From a virus (taxonomy: Duplodnaviria > Caudoviricetes), in IMG/VR virus record IMGVR_UViG_3300031519_000150, positions 1 through 29,502 of that record: 29,502 nucleotides of DNA; one strand, written 5' to 3'. The notes below the pieces were generated by a model. That model did not search any database, was not told where the DNA came from, and was given only the letters and a program-made list of their open reading frames with translations. Each line of letters starts with the position of its first letter. Positions within the stretch are counted from its first letter, which is position 1. Both the position numbers and the translations under genes were made by a program. Below, one piece after another: positions 20,201 to 28,208 of the stretch.

Positions 20201-20854
20201 GATGGAAATGTTATAGAGTTAAATGAGAATTTTGATTTTGATACAACTAGAATGATTGCATCTGATTATAATGAAACCAACGAAATGTCTGGTGCAAAAT
20301 CTCTGACAATGGATATTAAATTCACTACTAATCAACGTAATTTATCCCCAGTTATAGATATGGATAGACTATCAATAGTCGCAGTTGCAAATATTGTTGA
20401 CCAAATTGATTCAGCATCAGATGTATATCCAACTACAGATTATAGAGAATCCACTAAACCAGATGGAGATAATCATTCTGCGATTTACATTACAAAGAAA
20501 GTTGCTTTACAAAATCCTGCTACTGCTTTAAAAGTTTTACTTAACGCAAACATACAAGCAAATGCAAATGTAAAGGTATTATTTAAAACATTAGAAACTT
20601 CTTCTGCTGAAGATTTTGATGATTTAGATTATCAGTTCTTTAATACAGATGGTTCTCCAGATGCTCCAGTTAATATTTCATTAACACCTGGCGACTTTCA
20701 AGAATATGAATTTACAGCTGGTGCAAAAGATGATGGTTTAGGAGAAGCTCTTCCAAAATATATTCAATTTGCAATCAAAATTGTATTAACATCAACAAAT
20801 GCTGCACAAGCACCTAAAGTAAAAGACCTACGGGCAATTGCATTGAGTTATTAA
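14294..20854 (+). CDS. vrlC: VrlC-like / DUF4815 giant virion structural protein
   Basis: LNVSPYYDDFD....FHRVLFRPG..IQARELT.LQSILQ, LARRTFDESGDY, RFTMRDIG.L..R...VEYYT.LSLLE, RFKSGFVVDNF, DPLAQTF, GVLFKSQN..TW, P.VKDLRAIAL. Confidence 0.88.
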   Translation: MAQLTDLNVSPYYDDFDENDNFHRVLFRPGYSIQARELTTLQSILQGQIEQHGKHMFKEGTVVIPGQLSYSKDFTTLQLASTFASEDVVAASFYNVTDPVIITGVTSGVKAKVIGFSEATTTAQPILHLQYISAGNDNATLAFSNTENLTANTTITHTTSYAANVASATTHSTTAAQTGSAVTVEEGVYFIRGHFVKCLKETLVLSINSVIESARIGFNITESLVTPETDATLTDNATGANNYAAKGAHRLKIALNLVKLDTDSIADSAFVELMRLDTGGMVSEARNTDYSVLGETLARRTFDESGDYTVRNFLYEPKESITNIYQGTTNTGSYTNGGTTDDGNTASESLLSFSIKPGKAYVQGFEIEKLGTTLKDINKARDFNTVNAGVSTFDIGNFFEITNLYGTPDISQVTGTTPYKEIRLFTEFTDTRGSQNSSGGNFQIGICRARSLEFFRGTQGDTDAVYKLFVFDVRMLTYLTLSEIASPSVLASHTTGGVQVKGSQSGAVGFVYSPVTVDTSTTGARIALTNVIGKFRVNESLIVSDGADTGKILRNVGDTANITIGGSSLFTDIVSHNVEETRSLFMDDADSGQDFTANIVGEVIDPLAVIAFNQTAADGADAGGRGLDLSEGVELETRRVAVLQQPEKNVSLFKLPKQVIKTLKTTTNSNTSDTQFTVRRQFVATSSAAGIVTLTAGTNETFAAFATKDYTLSVLTAGGGSAVQGDLILLNSTKVGVSGSTVTITDNTLLGSGAVVKVIATILKTSVEPKIKSTKLSKQLKVLAISETGEADSSYGTRAQDVDISFGRADVYRLQAVFDSESDSADATAPTITLTSPTGTFLRGERFTGGTSGAVGRIISATTPISYTLVNGVAADDFVTGETITGIHSGATATASVITAGSKNITNLFTLDTGQRDNFYDIARLVRKPSSSIPLGRLLIVYDYLEHGAGSVFTVDSYTSLNGQMGYDDIPYYSSTRVDPDAPEPTGRFELRDAYDFRPTVENITGASATITDIDQITANSFNFENRQFDGAGGSVVDMPKPGSSVQSDFEYYLPKFATLFLTKDGDFKVIEGVSAESPVPPKDIDSALKLASIFLPAYTFEPKELIIDRFKTQRFTMRDIGRLQDRLDNVEYYTALSLLEKDAASFEIINSKTQLNRFKSGFVVDNFTGHRVGDALNKDYRIAIDQDQQHMRPKCVLKNIPLEMSDPFYNSMLRVAFLGSYGNTIQNRLFGTGLSRTGDLITLDYTQEVISQQPYATRVESIQPYLMAGFVGKVVLTPSGDEWFETEIAPALIINKEGDFDTFAAQNANAIGTVWNAWETQWSGVTTINLGTRRSRYGEFGHGYHNVQRSIDIVTTGQKRTGTSTSVGSRLNEESLGSKVISRGIVPFVRPRTIEFAGTCFAPNTRIYVFFDRIDVSVYCTPSSSLFTSDTTIAAGSPLITNGAGQIEGSFAIPDYRGRELGTVPFFRTGEVEFRMTSSDTNARTGAGNTGLKAFTAGQITYQAKGIIETTQETIVATREPILVQTDVDQETIMTAAAASIQETVTNFLHDPLAQTFMVPDDGGSFITEVDFFFGAKDENLPAWCEIRNVVNGYPGPKVLPFGRKVLNPDQINLDATTGATPTTFTFDSPVFLQSGTEYCVVLMTTSLDYRVWIAQMGEEDVGAGKRVISKQPHLGVLFKSQNNTTWNAIQMQDLKFTLKRANFMDQFTAIPFTLRNGFSDIGSTGTLRLQNTIVGDVTVAEDGTTAYGKRLPVNPLQLTHSNTAIKVFHQNHGMYSTNNNVKICGVSSGIKNTLNGAITVTANSLVLTSGTNFAASNLSSRCYVKIDNEIMFGTFDGDKTISSLTRGTDITTSGASAAHANGATVELYQILGTPLDQVNKIHTAIGNIDTNSYTVTVTTAPTITGSETTPTAQLGGNNVYASENYRFETIRTLVGALELPNTTLETTLRTTSATSPSGSETSFDFNTDGNVIELNENFDFDTTRMIASDYNETNEMSGAKSLTMDIKFTTNQRNLSPVIDMDRLSIVAVANIVDQIDSASDVYPTTDYRESTKPDGDNHSAIYITKKVALQNPATALKVLLNANIQANANVKVLFKTLETSSAEDFDDLDYQFFNTDGSPDAPVNISLTPGDFQEYEFTAGAKDDGLGEALPKYIQFAIKIVLTSTNAAQAPKVKDLRAIALSY

Positions 20855-20855
20855 T

Positions 20856-21080
20856 ATGGAATATAAGGAAGTACAAGGACATAAAGATTTAGTTAGAGAA
20901 ATATCCTCTAACGCAATTATTAATCGTAACAACAACGCATACGAGGTTGCAAAAATAAAATATGAAGAAGCAATGAAACAAAGAGATGAGATTCGTAGTG
21001 CAACAAGAGAGATAAATACTTTAAAGTGTGAGATACACGAAATTAAAGATATGTTAACAATTTTATTGGATAGGAAATAA
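20856..21080 (+). CDS. small conserved hypothetical protein with C-terminal coiled coil
   Basis: V.GH.DLVRE..S.AIIN and EIN.LK.EI.EIK.ML pattern typical of the gene following VrlC in marine T4-like phages. Confidence 0.8.
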   Translation: MEYKEVQGHKDLVREISSNAIINRNNNAYEVAKIKYEEAMKQRDEIRSATREINTLKCEIHEIKDMLTILLDRK

Positions 21081-21676
21081 TGTCAATATCATCAGAAGAA
21101 ATTACCACCTCTGCTACCTTAGAACAATTTAGGGTACAGTTTAATAATTTAGTCGCAGACGTAAGTGGTTTGGAAAATGGAACTTCTAGTTTTAGTAACA
21201 TTGAAGTTAAAGAAGATGGTAATCTTACTTTTGAGGGTGCAACAAATGATGGGTTTGAAACTACCATTACTGTAGATGACCCTACTGCTGACCGAACTAT
21301 AGTCTTTCCAGATGCATCTGGTACAGTATTAATGACTGGTACAACTATTGATGGTACAGACACATCTTTGTTGTTTGGAGATAGTACTGCCTCAGCTGAT
21401 GCTAGATTAAAGTTTGGTACTGGTTCTGATATTCAGATTTACCATGATGGTACAAACTCTTTTATTGAAAATAAAACTGGGATTTTAAAAGTTGCAACTG
21501 AAACTTCTGGTATTGCAGTAACGATTGGACATACAACATCTGAAGTAACGATTGGTGATAACTTACAAATAACTGGAACACTCTCTTTGGGTGGAACAGC
21601 GATTACGAAAACAGCTACACAAATTAATAATTCTGCAACAACAGGATTAGCGGTTGCAGTTGCAGTTGCATTATAA
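21080..21676 (+). CDS. short fibre-like virion structural protein
   Basis: TLEQFRVQFN N-terminus; FEGAT.DGFETT....DPTADRTI.FPDASGTV and LKFGTGSDIQIYHDG.NSFI fibre modules; hydrophobic GLAVAVAVAL C-terminus. Confidence 0.7.
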   Translation: MSISSEEITTSATLEQFRVQFNNLVADVSGLENGTSSFSNIEVKEDGNLTFEGATNDGFETTITVDDPTADRTIVFPDASGTVLMTGTTIDGTDTSLLFGDSTASADARLKFGTGSDIQIYHDGTNSFIENKTGILKVATETSGIAVTIGHTTSEVTIGDNLQITGTLSLGGTAITKTATQINNSATTGLAVAVAVAL

Positions 21677-21679
21677 ATA
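21672..21679 (+). promoter_or_regulatory. T4 late promoter overlapping a stop codon
   Basis: Exact TATAAATA spanning TTA TAA of the upstream gene. Confidence 0.8.
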
Positions 21680-21695
21680 GGACAAAGGAAGAAAT

Positions 21696-22022
21696 ATGGC
21701 ACAGGATTTTGAAAGAAACATTGCAAGAAATATAGGAACATCTGCATCAACTATTTTTACTGCTGATAGTGATGATGCTGTCGTAGGAATTAATCTTGCA
21801 AACGTAACAACAAATCAAATCAAAGCAAGTGTGTTTATAACAAACAGTAGTTCAGACTACTATCTAGTTAAAGATGCACCCATACCTGCTTCATCAGCGT
21901 TGCAGATATTAGATGGTGGTGCAAAATTCGTTCTTCAGTCTGGTGATGCACTTAAAGTTCAATCAGATACAGCTAGTTCAATTGATTGTTGGTTATCAAG
22001 AGTTGATACGATTAGTTCATAG
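21696..22022 (+). CDS. small beta-rich virion/fibre-associated protein (108 aa)
   Basis: VVGINLAN, YLVKDAPIP..SAL.ILDGGAK.VLQSGD.LKV.SD pattern, familiar from marine phage fibre loci. Confidence 0.75.
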   Translation: MAQDFERNIARNIGTSASTIFTADSDDAVVGINLANVTTNQIKASVFITNSSSDYYLVKDAPIPASSALQILDGGAKFVLQSGDALKVQSDTASSIDCWLSRVDTISS

Positions 22023-22031
22023 GAGTAATTA

Positions 22032-24803
22032 ATGCCTTATATAGGAACACAAGCCGCAAGTACTTTCGCATCAACCATAAGGGATACCTTTACTGGTGAT
22101 GGAAGTGCAACTGATTTTACTCTTAGTAGAAATGCAACTAGTGTAAATGATTTAGAAGTATTCGTAGGTAACGTAAGACAACAACCAGCAAGTGCATATA
22201 CTGTATCTGGAAATACTCTTGCATTTACTGGAACTCCAGCAAACGGAGAAGTAATCTATGTTATTCATCAGGCTGGTGCATTACAGACTGTAAAAGCAGA
22301 CTCAGATTTCGGTTCTAGAGATTTTCAGATTACTGGAAATATCTCTATGACTAAAGATAGTGCTGTCCTTTCTATGGGTGCAGACTCAGACGTATTAATT
22401 ACACACGACCCAGATGATGGTTTGTTTATCAAATCTACTGCAACTGCCGATAACAACCCAGTTGTGATTACACTTCAAACTGGTGAAACAGATATTGCTG
22501 CAGACGATAAACTCGGTGTTATTAACTTTCAGGCTCCAGACGAAGGTACTGGAACAGATGCAATCCTCGTTGCTGCTGGTATAGAAGCAGTATCAGAAGG
22601 TGACTTTAGTGCATCAAGTAATGCAACAAAACTATCTTTTCTAACTGGTTCAAGTGGAGCTGCAACCGAAAAAATGTCTTTATCTTCTGGTGGTAACTTA
22701 GATATTACTGGTAACATGACTATTGGTGGTAACTTAGATGTTACTGGTACAGTAAGTTTTAGTGAGAACAACGTAACAGATGTTGGTATAATGAGTTTGG
22801 ATACTCTTAGGGGTGATGCAGACACCGATACAAGTCTTGTTTTCTCTGGTTCAGATGTCATTACAATTGCAACTGGTGGTACAACTGCTATGACAATAGA
22901 TGCATCACAGAACACAACTTTAGCAGGAACACTAACTGCTGTAACTTCTATTGGTATAGGTAGTGCAGTATTAGCAGAAGCAGAAATGGAAATGCTTGAT
23001 GGTATTACTGCTGGAACTGCAGCTGCAAACAAGGCAGTAGTTCTTGACGGAAGTAAAAACATTGCGACAATAGGAACTATAGGTTCTGGTAACATCACAT
23101 CAAGTGGTACAATACAAGGTACAACAATTACTGCAACAACTGCCTTTGTTCCAGATGCTTCAGATGGTGCTGCGTTAGGAACTACCTCATTAGAATTTTC
23201 AGACCTATTCCTTGCTGATGGTGCTGTTATTAATTTTGGTGCAGACCAAGATATAAACATAACTCATGTCGCTGATACTGGTCTTACAACAAATGCAGAC
23301 TTTACTGTAGGAGATGACTTATTTGTTTCTGGTGGTCTTATTGACCTTAAAACAAATAGTGGTTCTGTTGCAACAATAAAATTTTATTGTGAGAGTTCAA
23401 ACGCACACGCACAATCACTTGTTGCTGCACCACACTCTGAAGGTGCAACAAACACTCTTACATTACCAGGCACAGGTGGAAATGCTCGTTTAGTTTCAAC
23501 TACCTCAACTGCAATACTTACAAACAAAACACTTACAAGTGCATTGATTACAACTAATCTATCACCTACAAGTGCTGATGGTGCTGCACTAGGTTCTGCA
23601 ACTAAAGAGTTTTCAGACTTATTTCTTGCAGATAGTTCAGTAATATATTTTGGTAACGACCAAGATGTAACATTAACACATGACCCAGATGATGGTTTAT
23701 TTCTTAAATCAATCGCAACTGGAGATAACAGTCCAGTAATACTTACACTTCAAACTGGTGAAACTGATATCGCTGCAGATGATGTGATTGGACAGATTGA
23801 TTTCCAAGCACCAGATGAAGGAACTGGTACTGATGCTGTTTTAGTTGCAGCTGGTATCGCTGCTGTTTCTGAAGGTGATTTTAGTTCAAGTAACAATGCA
23901 ACAAAATTAGTTTTTAAAACTGGTGCAAGTGAAGCTGCATCAGAAAAGATGTCATTAAGTTCTGCTGGTTTATTAACAATCGCAGATGACCTTGTTATCA
24001 AAGATGCTGGTACAATAGGTTCTGCTTCTGACACAGATGCAATCTCTATTTCTTCTGGTGGTGTGGTAAACATCTCTGCAACAACTGCTTCAACTAACGC
24101 AACCTCTGGTGCGTTGACAGTCGCTGGTGGTGCTGGTATTGCAGCAGACCTTTCGGTTGGAGATGATATTAGACTTATATCAGATAGTGCAGTTTTAAGT
24201 TTTGGTGCAGATGGTGACATCACAGTCACACACGCAGCTGATGCTGGACTAACAGTTAACGGAACATTTACTGGAACATCATTGATTGCAGCAACTTCAT
24301 TCTTACCAGATGCAAACGCTGGTGCTGATATTGGTACAACAAGTTTAGGTTTTGGTGATGTATTCATTGCAGACGATAAGAAAATTCAATTCGGTAATGA
24401 CCAAGATGCAACCATAGAGTATGACGAAGATGGTACTGATAAGTTATCAATCGCTGGTGCTCAAGTTGTATTTGGTAAATCAGTTCTTGGTTCAGCACAA
24501 ACTGCAAACGCAACTGGTAACACAACACTAGACTTTGCAACATATCAAAACTTTCTATTGACTGCAACTGGTAACGTAACTCTAGTTAACCCAACAACTG
24601 AAACTGTTGGACAGTCTGGATTTATAGTAATTAAACAAGATGGTACTGGAAGTAGAACATTGTCAATAGGCACACAGTATGTTACAGTTGGAAATGCTGC
24701 ATATACTCTATCAACTGCTGCAGCTGCAATTGACCTTATCCCATATGTCGTTCAGGCAGATGGTGTTATACTTCTTGGAAATCCATCACTTGCTTTTGCA
24801 TAA
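22032..24803 (+). CDS. modular tail-fibre protein (923 aa)
   Basis: MPYIG start, FTGDGS...FTL domain, internal repeated modules, and C-terminal LDF...NF.LT..GN.TL.NP...GQSG.I...QDGTGSRTL module. Confidence 0.8.
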   Translation: MPYIGTQAASTFASTIRDTFTGDGSATDFTLSRNATSVNDLEVFVGNVRQQPASAYTVSGNTLAFTGTPANGEVIYVIHQAGALQTVKADSDFGSRDFQITGNISMTKDSAVLSMGADSDVLITHDPDDGLFIKSTATADNNPVVITLQTGETDIAADDKLGVINFQAPDEGTGTDAILVAAGIEAVSEGDFSASSNATKLSFLTGSSGAATEKMSLSSGGNLDITGNMTIGGNLDVTGTVSFSENNVTDVGIMSLDTLRGDADTDTSLVFSGSDVITIATGGTTAMTIDASQNTTLAGTLTAVTSIGIGSAVLAEAEMEMLDGITAGTAAANKAVVLDGSKNIATIGTIGSGNITSSGTIQGTTITATTAFVPDASDGAALGTTSLEFSDLFLADGAVINFGADQDINITHVADTGLTTNADFTVGDDLFVSGGLIDLKTNSGSVATIKFYCESSNAHAQSLVAAPHSEGATNTLTLPGTGGNARLVSTTSTAILTNKTLTSALITTNLSPTSADGAALGSATKEFSDLFLADSSVIYFGNDQDVTLTHDPDDGLFLKSIATGDNSPVILTLQTGETDIAADDVIGQIDFQAPDEGTGTDAVLVAAGIAAVSEGDFSSSNNATKLVFKTGASEAASEKMSLSSAGLLTIADDLVIKDAGTIGSASDTDAISISSGGVVNISATTASTNATSGALTVAGGAGIAADLSVGDDIRLISDSAVLSFGADGDITVTHAADAGLTVNGTFTGTSLIAATSFLPDANAGADIGTTSLGFGDVFIADDKKIQFGNDQDATIEYDEDGTDKLSIAGAQVVFGKSVLGSAQTANATGNTTLDFATYQNFLLTATGNVTLVNPTTETVGQSGFIVIKQDGTGSRTLSIGTQYVTVGNAAYTLSTAAAAIDLIPYVVQADGVILLGNPSLAFA
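22476..22694 (+). repeat. fibre module A copy 1 (QTGETDIAADD...FQAPDEGTGTDA...EKMSLSS.G)
   Basis: 73-codon unit recurring at 23751-23969 and 28662-28880. Confidence 0.9.
23115..23294 (+). repeat. fibre module B copy 1 (QGTTITATTAFVPDASDGAALG...DQDINITHVADTGLTTN)
   Basis: 60-codon unit recurring at 29169-29348 and from 29376 to the window end; degenerate copies near 23560-23700 and 24290-24420. Confidence 0.9.
23751..23969 (+). repeat. fibre module A copy 2
   Basis: Near-identical protein sequence to 22476-22694. Confidence 0.9.
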
Positions 24804-24812
24804 GGATATAAC

Positions 24813-27332
24813 ATGAGTAATTTTGGAGATCACCCAGCAGGATTTTTTGGAGATAGTTCATTTTATAATGGTGCTGCTACAACGTCATTTAGAAATATTC
24901 CTGGAGCTACTTTAACTTTTGAACAAGGAACTCCAACAAGTGCGACTACGTTTTGTATGGGTGGTTGGTTTAAAAGACAAAATAATGCATTTTATAGTAA
25001 TATTTTTTCTGCTGAATTAGGTGGAAGTGGTGTAGCAGCAGGTATTTTTGCTGTAAGTGATGATGACACAATGTTTTTTTACGACAAACAATCATCTGAT
25101 ACATTTAGACTAATTACAGATAGAGAGTTTCGTGACACTTCTGCATGGTATCATGTATGGATGCGAGTAGAATTAGGGAACGGCACGGCAGGCGAGAGAG
25201 TGCAATTATGGGTTAATGGTGTAAGAGAAACGTCTTTTTCTACTGAAACATATCCTACTGCTAGTGTTTGTAAAGGGTGGAATGTTAGTGGCAAAGACCT
25301 TTATATGGGTCACTCAAATGCTTCATATGGTGGTAATATATATTACTCGGATTGGTATTTTATTGATGGTGCTTCTGTTTCTCCAGTAGATACAGTAGGC
25401 GAGTTTAAAAATGGTGTCTTCATTCCTAAAGCATATTCTCCTACGTTTGGTGATAATGGCTTTCATTTAAAGTTTGACCAAGTAGGTGTAGGCACAGCAT
25501 CAACATCAACGATAGGTGCAGACACAAGTGGCAATACAAATCATTTTACATCTACTGCAAATACAGATGTAGTCGCAAGAGATTGTGCCATGCCTGATAG
25601 TCCAGAGAATAACTTCTCAACTTTTAATCCAAATTTTAGAGCAGTTACGGCAAACACTCTTTCTGAAGGTAATCTTTTTTGTGCTACGAGTTCTGGTGGT
25701 AGGTCATTTAGTGCAACAACAATCCCAATAAAATTAGGAACTGGAAAATGGTTTTGGGAATTTAGAGTAAGTGCTGATGGTGGTGGCATGGGAGTTGCTA
25801 AAACTAATGGTGTTGCTGGAGCAGGTGCATATCAATCGGTTACTGCTACTGGTACTGGAGCAAACACAACAGATTACTATTATGGTGAAACAAACTTTGT
25901 AGTTTATGCAGACCAAATTATTCACAATGGTGGTAATGCAGTAGCATTAGATGGTAGCCCAACTTATCCAGAAGTGTATGGTATTTTATTTGATAGTGAT
26001 GCAAGTCCACCAAATATGGCAGTTTATAGAGGTGGAACAGCAGTAGGCAATATAAACTGTGATAATGGTTTTGATTATTTGCCAATGGGAGGAGATGGGA
26101 GTGGTGCAGTAACAATTAATGTAATATTTAATGCTGGACAAGATTCAACTTTTGCAGGCAATGAAACGGCAGCAACAAATACAGATGTAAATGGGTTTGG
26201 TAATTTTTCTATGGCTGTTCCTACAGGTGCAAAATCATTATGTTCAGCTAACCTACCAGAACCAACTATAGGGCCGAACTCTACTACACAAGCTGATGAC
26301 TATTTTAATACAGTTCTTTATACATCTGATAATATAGGTGCTAATGGAACACAAAATGTAACTGGGGTTGGTTTTAAGCCTGATTGGGTTTGGTTGAAAA
26401 ATAGAACTAGTAATAGTACATCTCATACATTATATGATTCAAATCGTGGAACTGGTAGACATCTTTCTAGTGATACTACTGGAGCAGAGGTAGGTCTTAA
26501 TTCAGAATATGGTTATTTAGGAACATTTGGTGATGATGGTTATACCCTAAGAGGTGGCAGTACAAATGCCAATTATGTTAATCAAAGCACAGATGCTTAT
26601 GCTTCTTGGAACTGGAAAGCAAATGGTGGCACAACTGTAACAAATGAAGCTGGTTCAATAGATAGCACAGTACAAGCAAACACAGCTGCAGGATTTAGTA
26701 TTGTGACTTGGACAGGAACTGGAGCAACAGTAACTCTTGGTCATGGCTTAGGTAAAAAACCTGACGTTATGATAGTGAAAAATCGTGCTGATACAGAGTC
26801 ATGGGTTGTTTACCATAGTGCTAATACATCTGCACCAGCAACAGATTATTTACTTTTAAATGGAACTGCTGCAACTGCCGATAATGCTACTTTATGGAAT
26901 GACACAGAGCCTACTGATTCTGTTTTTACTGTCTATGGTCAAAATGCTATGAATGGTAGTTCAGATGGAATGTTAGCTTATCTTTTTACAGAGGTAGAAG
27001 GCTACTCAAAATTTGGTAGCTATACTGGAAATGGAAATGCAGATGGGGCTTTTGTCTATTTAGGATTTCGCCCTGCTTGGATTTTATTCAAAAGAACAGA
27101 TGGTGTTACGCATTGGCAAATTCACGATATAAAGAGAAGTCCACTTAATCCAAGTGGTATTGGATTATTAGCTAATACAAATGATGGTGATGGTGTTAGT
27201 ACAACTTATAATCTGGATATAACATCAAATGGTTTTAAATTACGAGATGCCCATGCTGGTCAAAACGCAGCTGGTTCATACATATACATGGCATTTGCCG
27301 AAGCACCATTTAAGTATGCAAATGCTAGATAG
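24813..27332 (+). CDS. putative receptor-binding/adhesin protein with LamG (ConA-like) and SPRY-like domains
   Basis: FRD.SAWYHV...QLWVNG (LamG-like), GKWFWEF (SPRY-like), GVGFKPDWVW.KNR, AGFSIVTWTG.G and YIYMAFAE.PFKYANAR; follows the fibre gene. Confidence 0.75.
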   Translation: MSNFGDHPAGFFGDSSFYNGAATTSFRNIPGATLTFEQGTPTSATTFCMGGWFKRQNNAFYSNIFSAELGGSGVAAGIFAVSDDDTMFFYDKQSSDTFRLITDREFRDTSAWYHVWMRVELGNGTAGERVQLWVNGVRETSFSTETYPTASVCKGWNVSGKDLYMGHSNASYGGNIYYSDWYFIDGASVSPVDTVGEFKNGVFIPKAYSPTFGDNGFHLKFDQVGVGTASTSTIGADTSGNTNHFTSTANTDVVARDCAMPDSPENNFSTFNPNFRAVTANTLSEGNLFCATSSGGRSFSATTIPIKLGTGKWFWEFRVSADGGGMGVAKTNGVAGAGAYQSVTATGTGANTTDYYYGETNFVVYADQIIHNGGNAVALDGSPTYPEVYGILFDSDASPPNMAVYRGGTAVGNINCDNGFDYLPMGGDGSGAVTINVIFNAGQDSTFAGNETAATNTDVNGFGNFSMAVPTGAKSLCSANLPEPTIGPNSTTQADDYFNTVLYTSDNIGANGTQNVTGVGFKPDWVWLKNRTSNSTSHTLYDSNRGTGRHLSSDTTGAEVGLNSEYGYLGTFGDDGYTLRGGSTNANYVNQSTDAYASWNWKANGGTTVTNEAGSIDSTVQANTAAGFSIVTWTGTGATVTLGHGLGKKPDVMIVKNRADTESWVVYHSANTSAPATDYLLLNGTAATADNATLWNDTEPTDSVFTVYGQNAMNGSSDGMLAYLFTEVEGYSKFGSYTGNGNADGAFVYLGFRPAWILFKRTDGVTHWQIHDIKRSPLNPSGIGLLANTNDGDGVSTTYNLDITSNGFKLRDAHAGQNAAGSYIYMAFAEAPFKYANAR

Positions 27333-27338
27333 AAGTCT

Positions 27339-27346
27339 TATAAATA
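27339..27346 (+). promoter_or_regulatory. T4 late promoter
   Basis: Exact intergenic TATAAATA upstream of an AGGAG SD. Confidence 0.85.
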
Positions 27347-27371
27347 GAAGTAAAGAATTAGGAGAACAGTA

Positions 27372-28187
27372 ATGCCTTGGAAAACAGCAGAAGGAACATA
27401 CCTAAGAGAAGGTAGGGGCTGGACAGATAGTGATGGCATTAAACATCCATCTAATTGGATGATATGGACTGAAGATTATAAAAAGAATACAATGAGTCTT
27501 ACATGGGAAGCACCATTAGGGCCATTCGATAGTTTTTATTATTATGGTTGGAACTCTGATGGAGATGCATTACTTCCAAAACCACTCGCTGGATTACAAT
27601 CATCAAAAGTATCAGATGCAAAACAAACATCATCAAGTATGCTTTCACCTACCGATTGGTATGTTGTTCGTAAGACTGAAACAAATACTGCAATCCCAGC
27701 AGAGATTACTGCATATAGAACTGCTATAAGAACAAACTATGCATCACTTAAAGCTGCAATCAATGGTGTTTCAGATATTGCTGGATTACAAGCAGTTTAT
27801 GAAACAACTGCTGGTGCATCACAAACTGCAAAAGAAATAGATGCTACATCTTCAAGTGTTGTAAGTACAACTAATAATACAATCACAAGTAATGGACATG
27901 GTTTCGTAGATGACGAACAAGTTTATTATTATGTAGGTAGAAATTCAGATAATGAAAATGCAGTTGTAATCGGTGGACTTGTAAACAATACAACTTATTT
28001 TGTACACTCTGCTGCAACAAATACATTTAAACTTTCTGAATCACATAGTAACTGTGGAGATGAGGAAGTTGTATCATTAACTGGATTGTCTTCTGACGGA
28101 GATGCACAGACATTTACTTCACAAGGTAAACCTGGCAAGGGTCAAACATGGCCTAATTCAGATATGCCAAAGTATGATGGTTCATAA
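27372..28187 (+). CDS. putative tail-fibre assembly chaperone-like protein with inserted domain
   Basis: L..TDWYVVRK.E....IP..I..YR.AIR and terminal WP resemble fibre assembly chaperones; located after the adhesin gene. Confidence 0.6.
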   Translation: MPWKTAEGTYLREGRGWTDSDGIKHPSNWMIWTEDYKKNTMSLTWEAPLGPFDSFYYYGWNSDGDALLPKPLAGLQSSKVSDAKQTSSSMLSPTDWYVVRKTETNTAIPAEITAYRTAIRTNYASLKAAINGVSDIAGLQAVYETTAGASQTAKEIDATSSSVVSTTNNTITSNGHGFVDDEQVYYYVGRNSDNENAVVIGGLVNNTTYFVHSAATNTFKLSESHSNCGDEEVVSLTGLSSDGDAQTFTSQGKPGKGQTWPNSDMPKYDGS

Positions 28188-28190
28188 ATA
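28183..28190 (+). promoter_or_regulatory. probable variant late promoter (CATAAATA)
   Basis: One mismatch to TATAAATA, overlaps a stop codon, 18 nt before the next ATG. Confidence 0.55.
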
Positions 28191-28208
28191 AAGTAAAAGG
28201 ATTAAAGT

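Noticed and set aside
21011-21018. GATAAATA as a late promoter for the 21080 gene
   Set aside because: It is a mismatched copy inside a coding region, explained by the conserved E-I-N codons; not distinguishable from chance.
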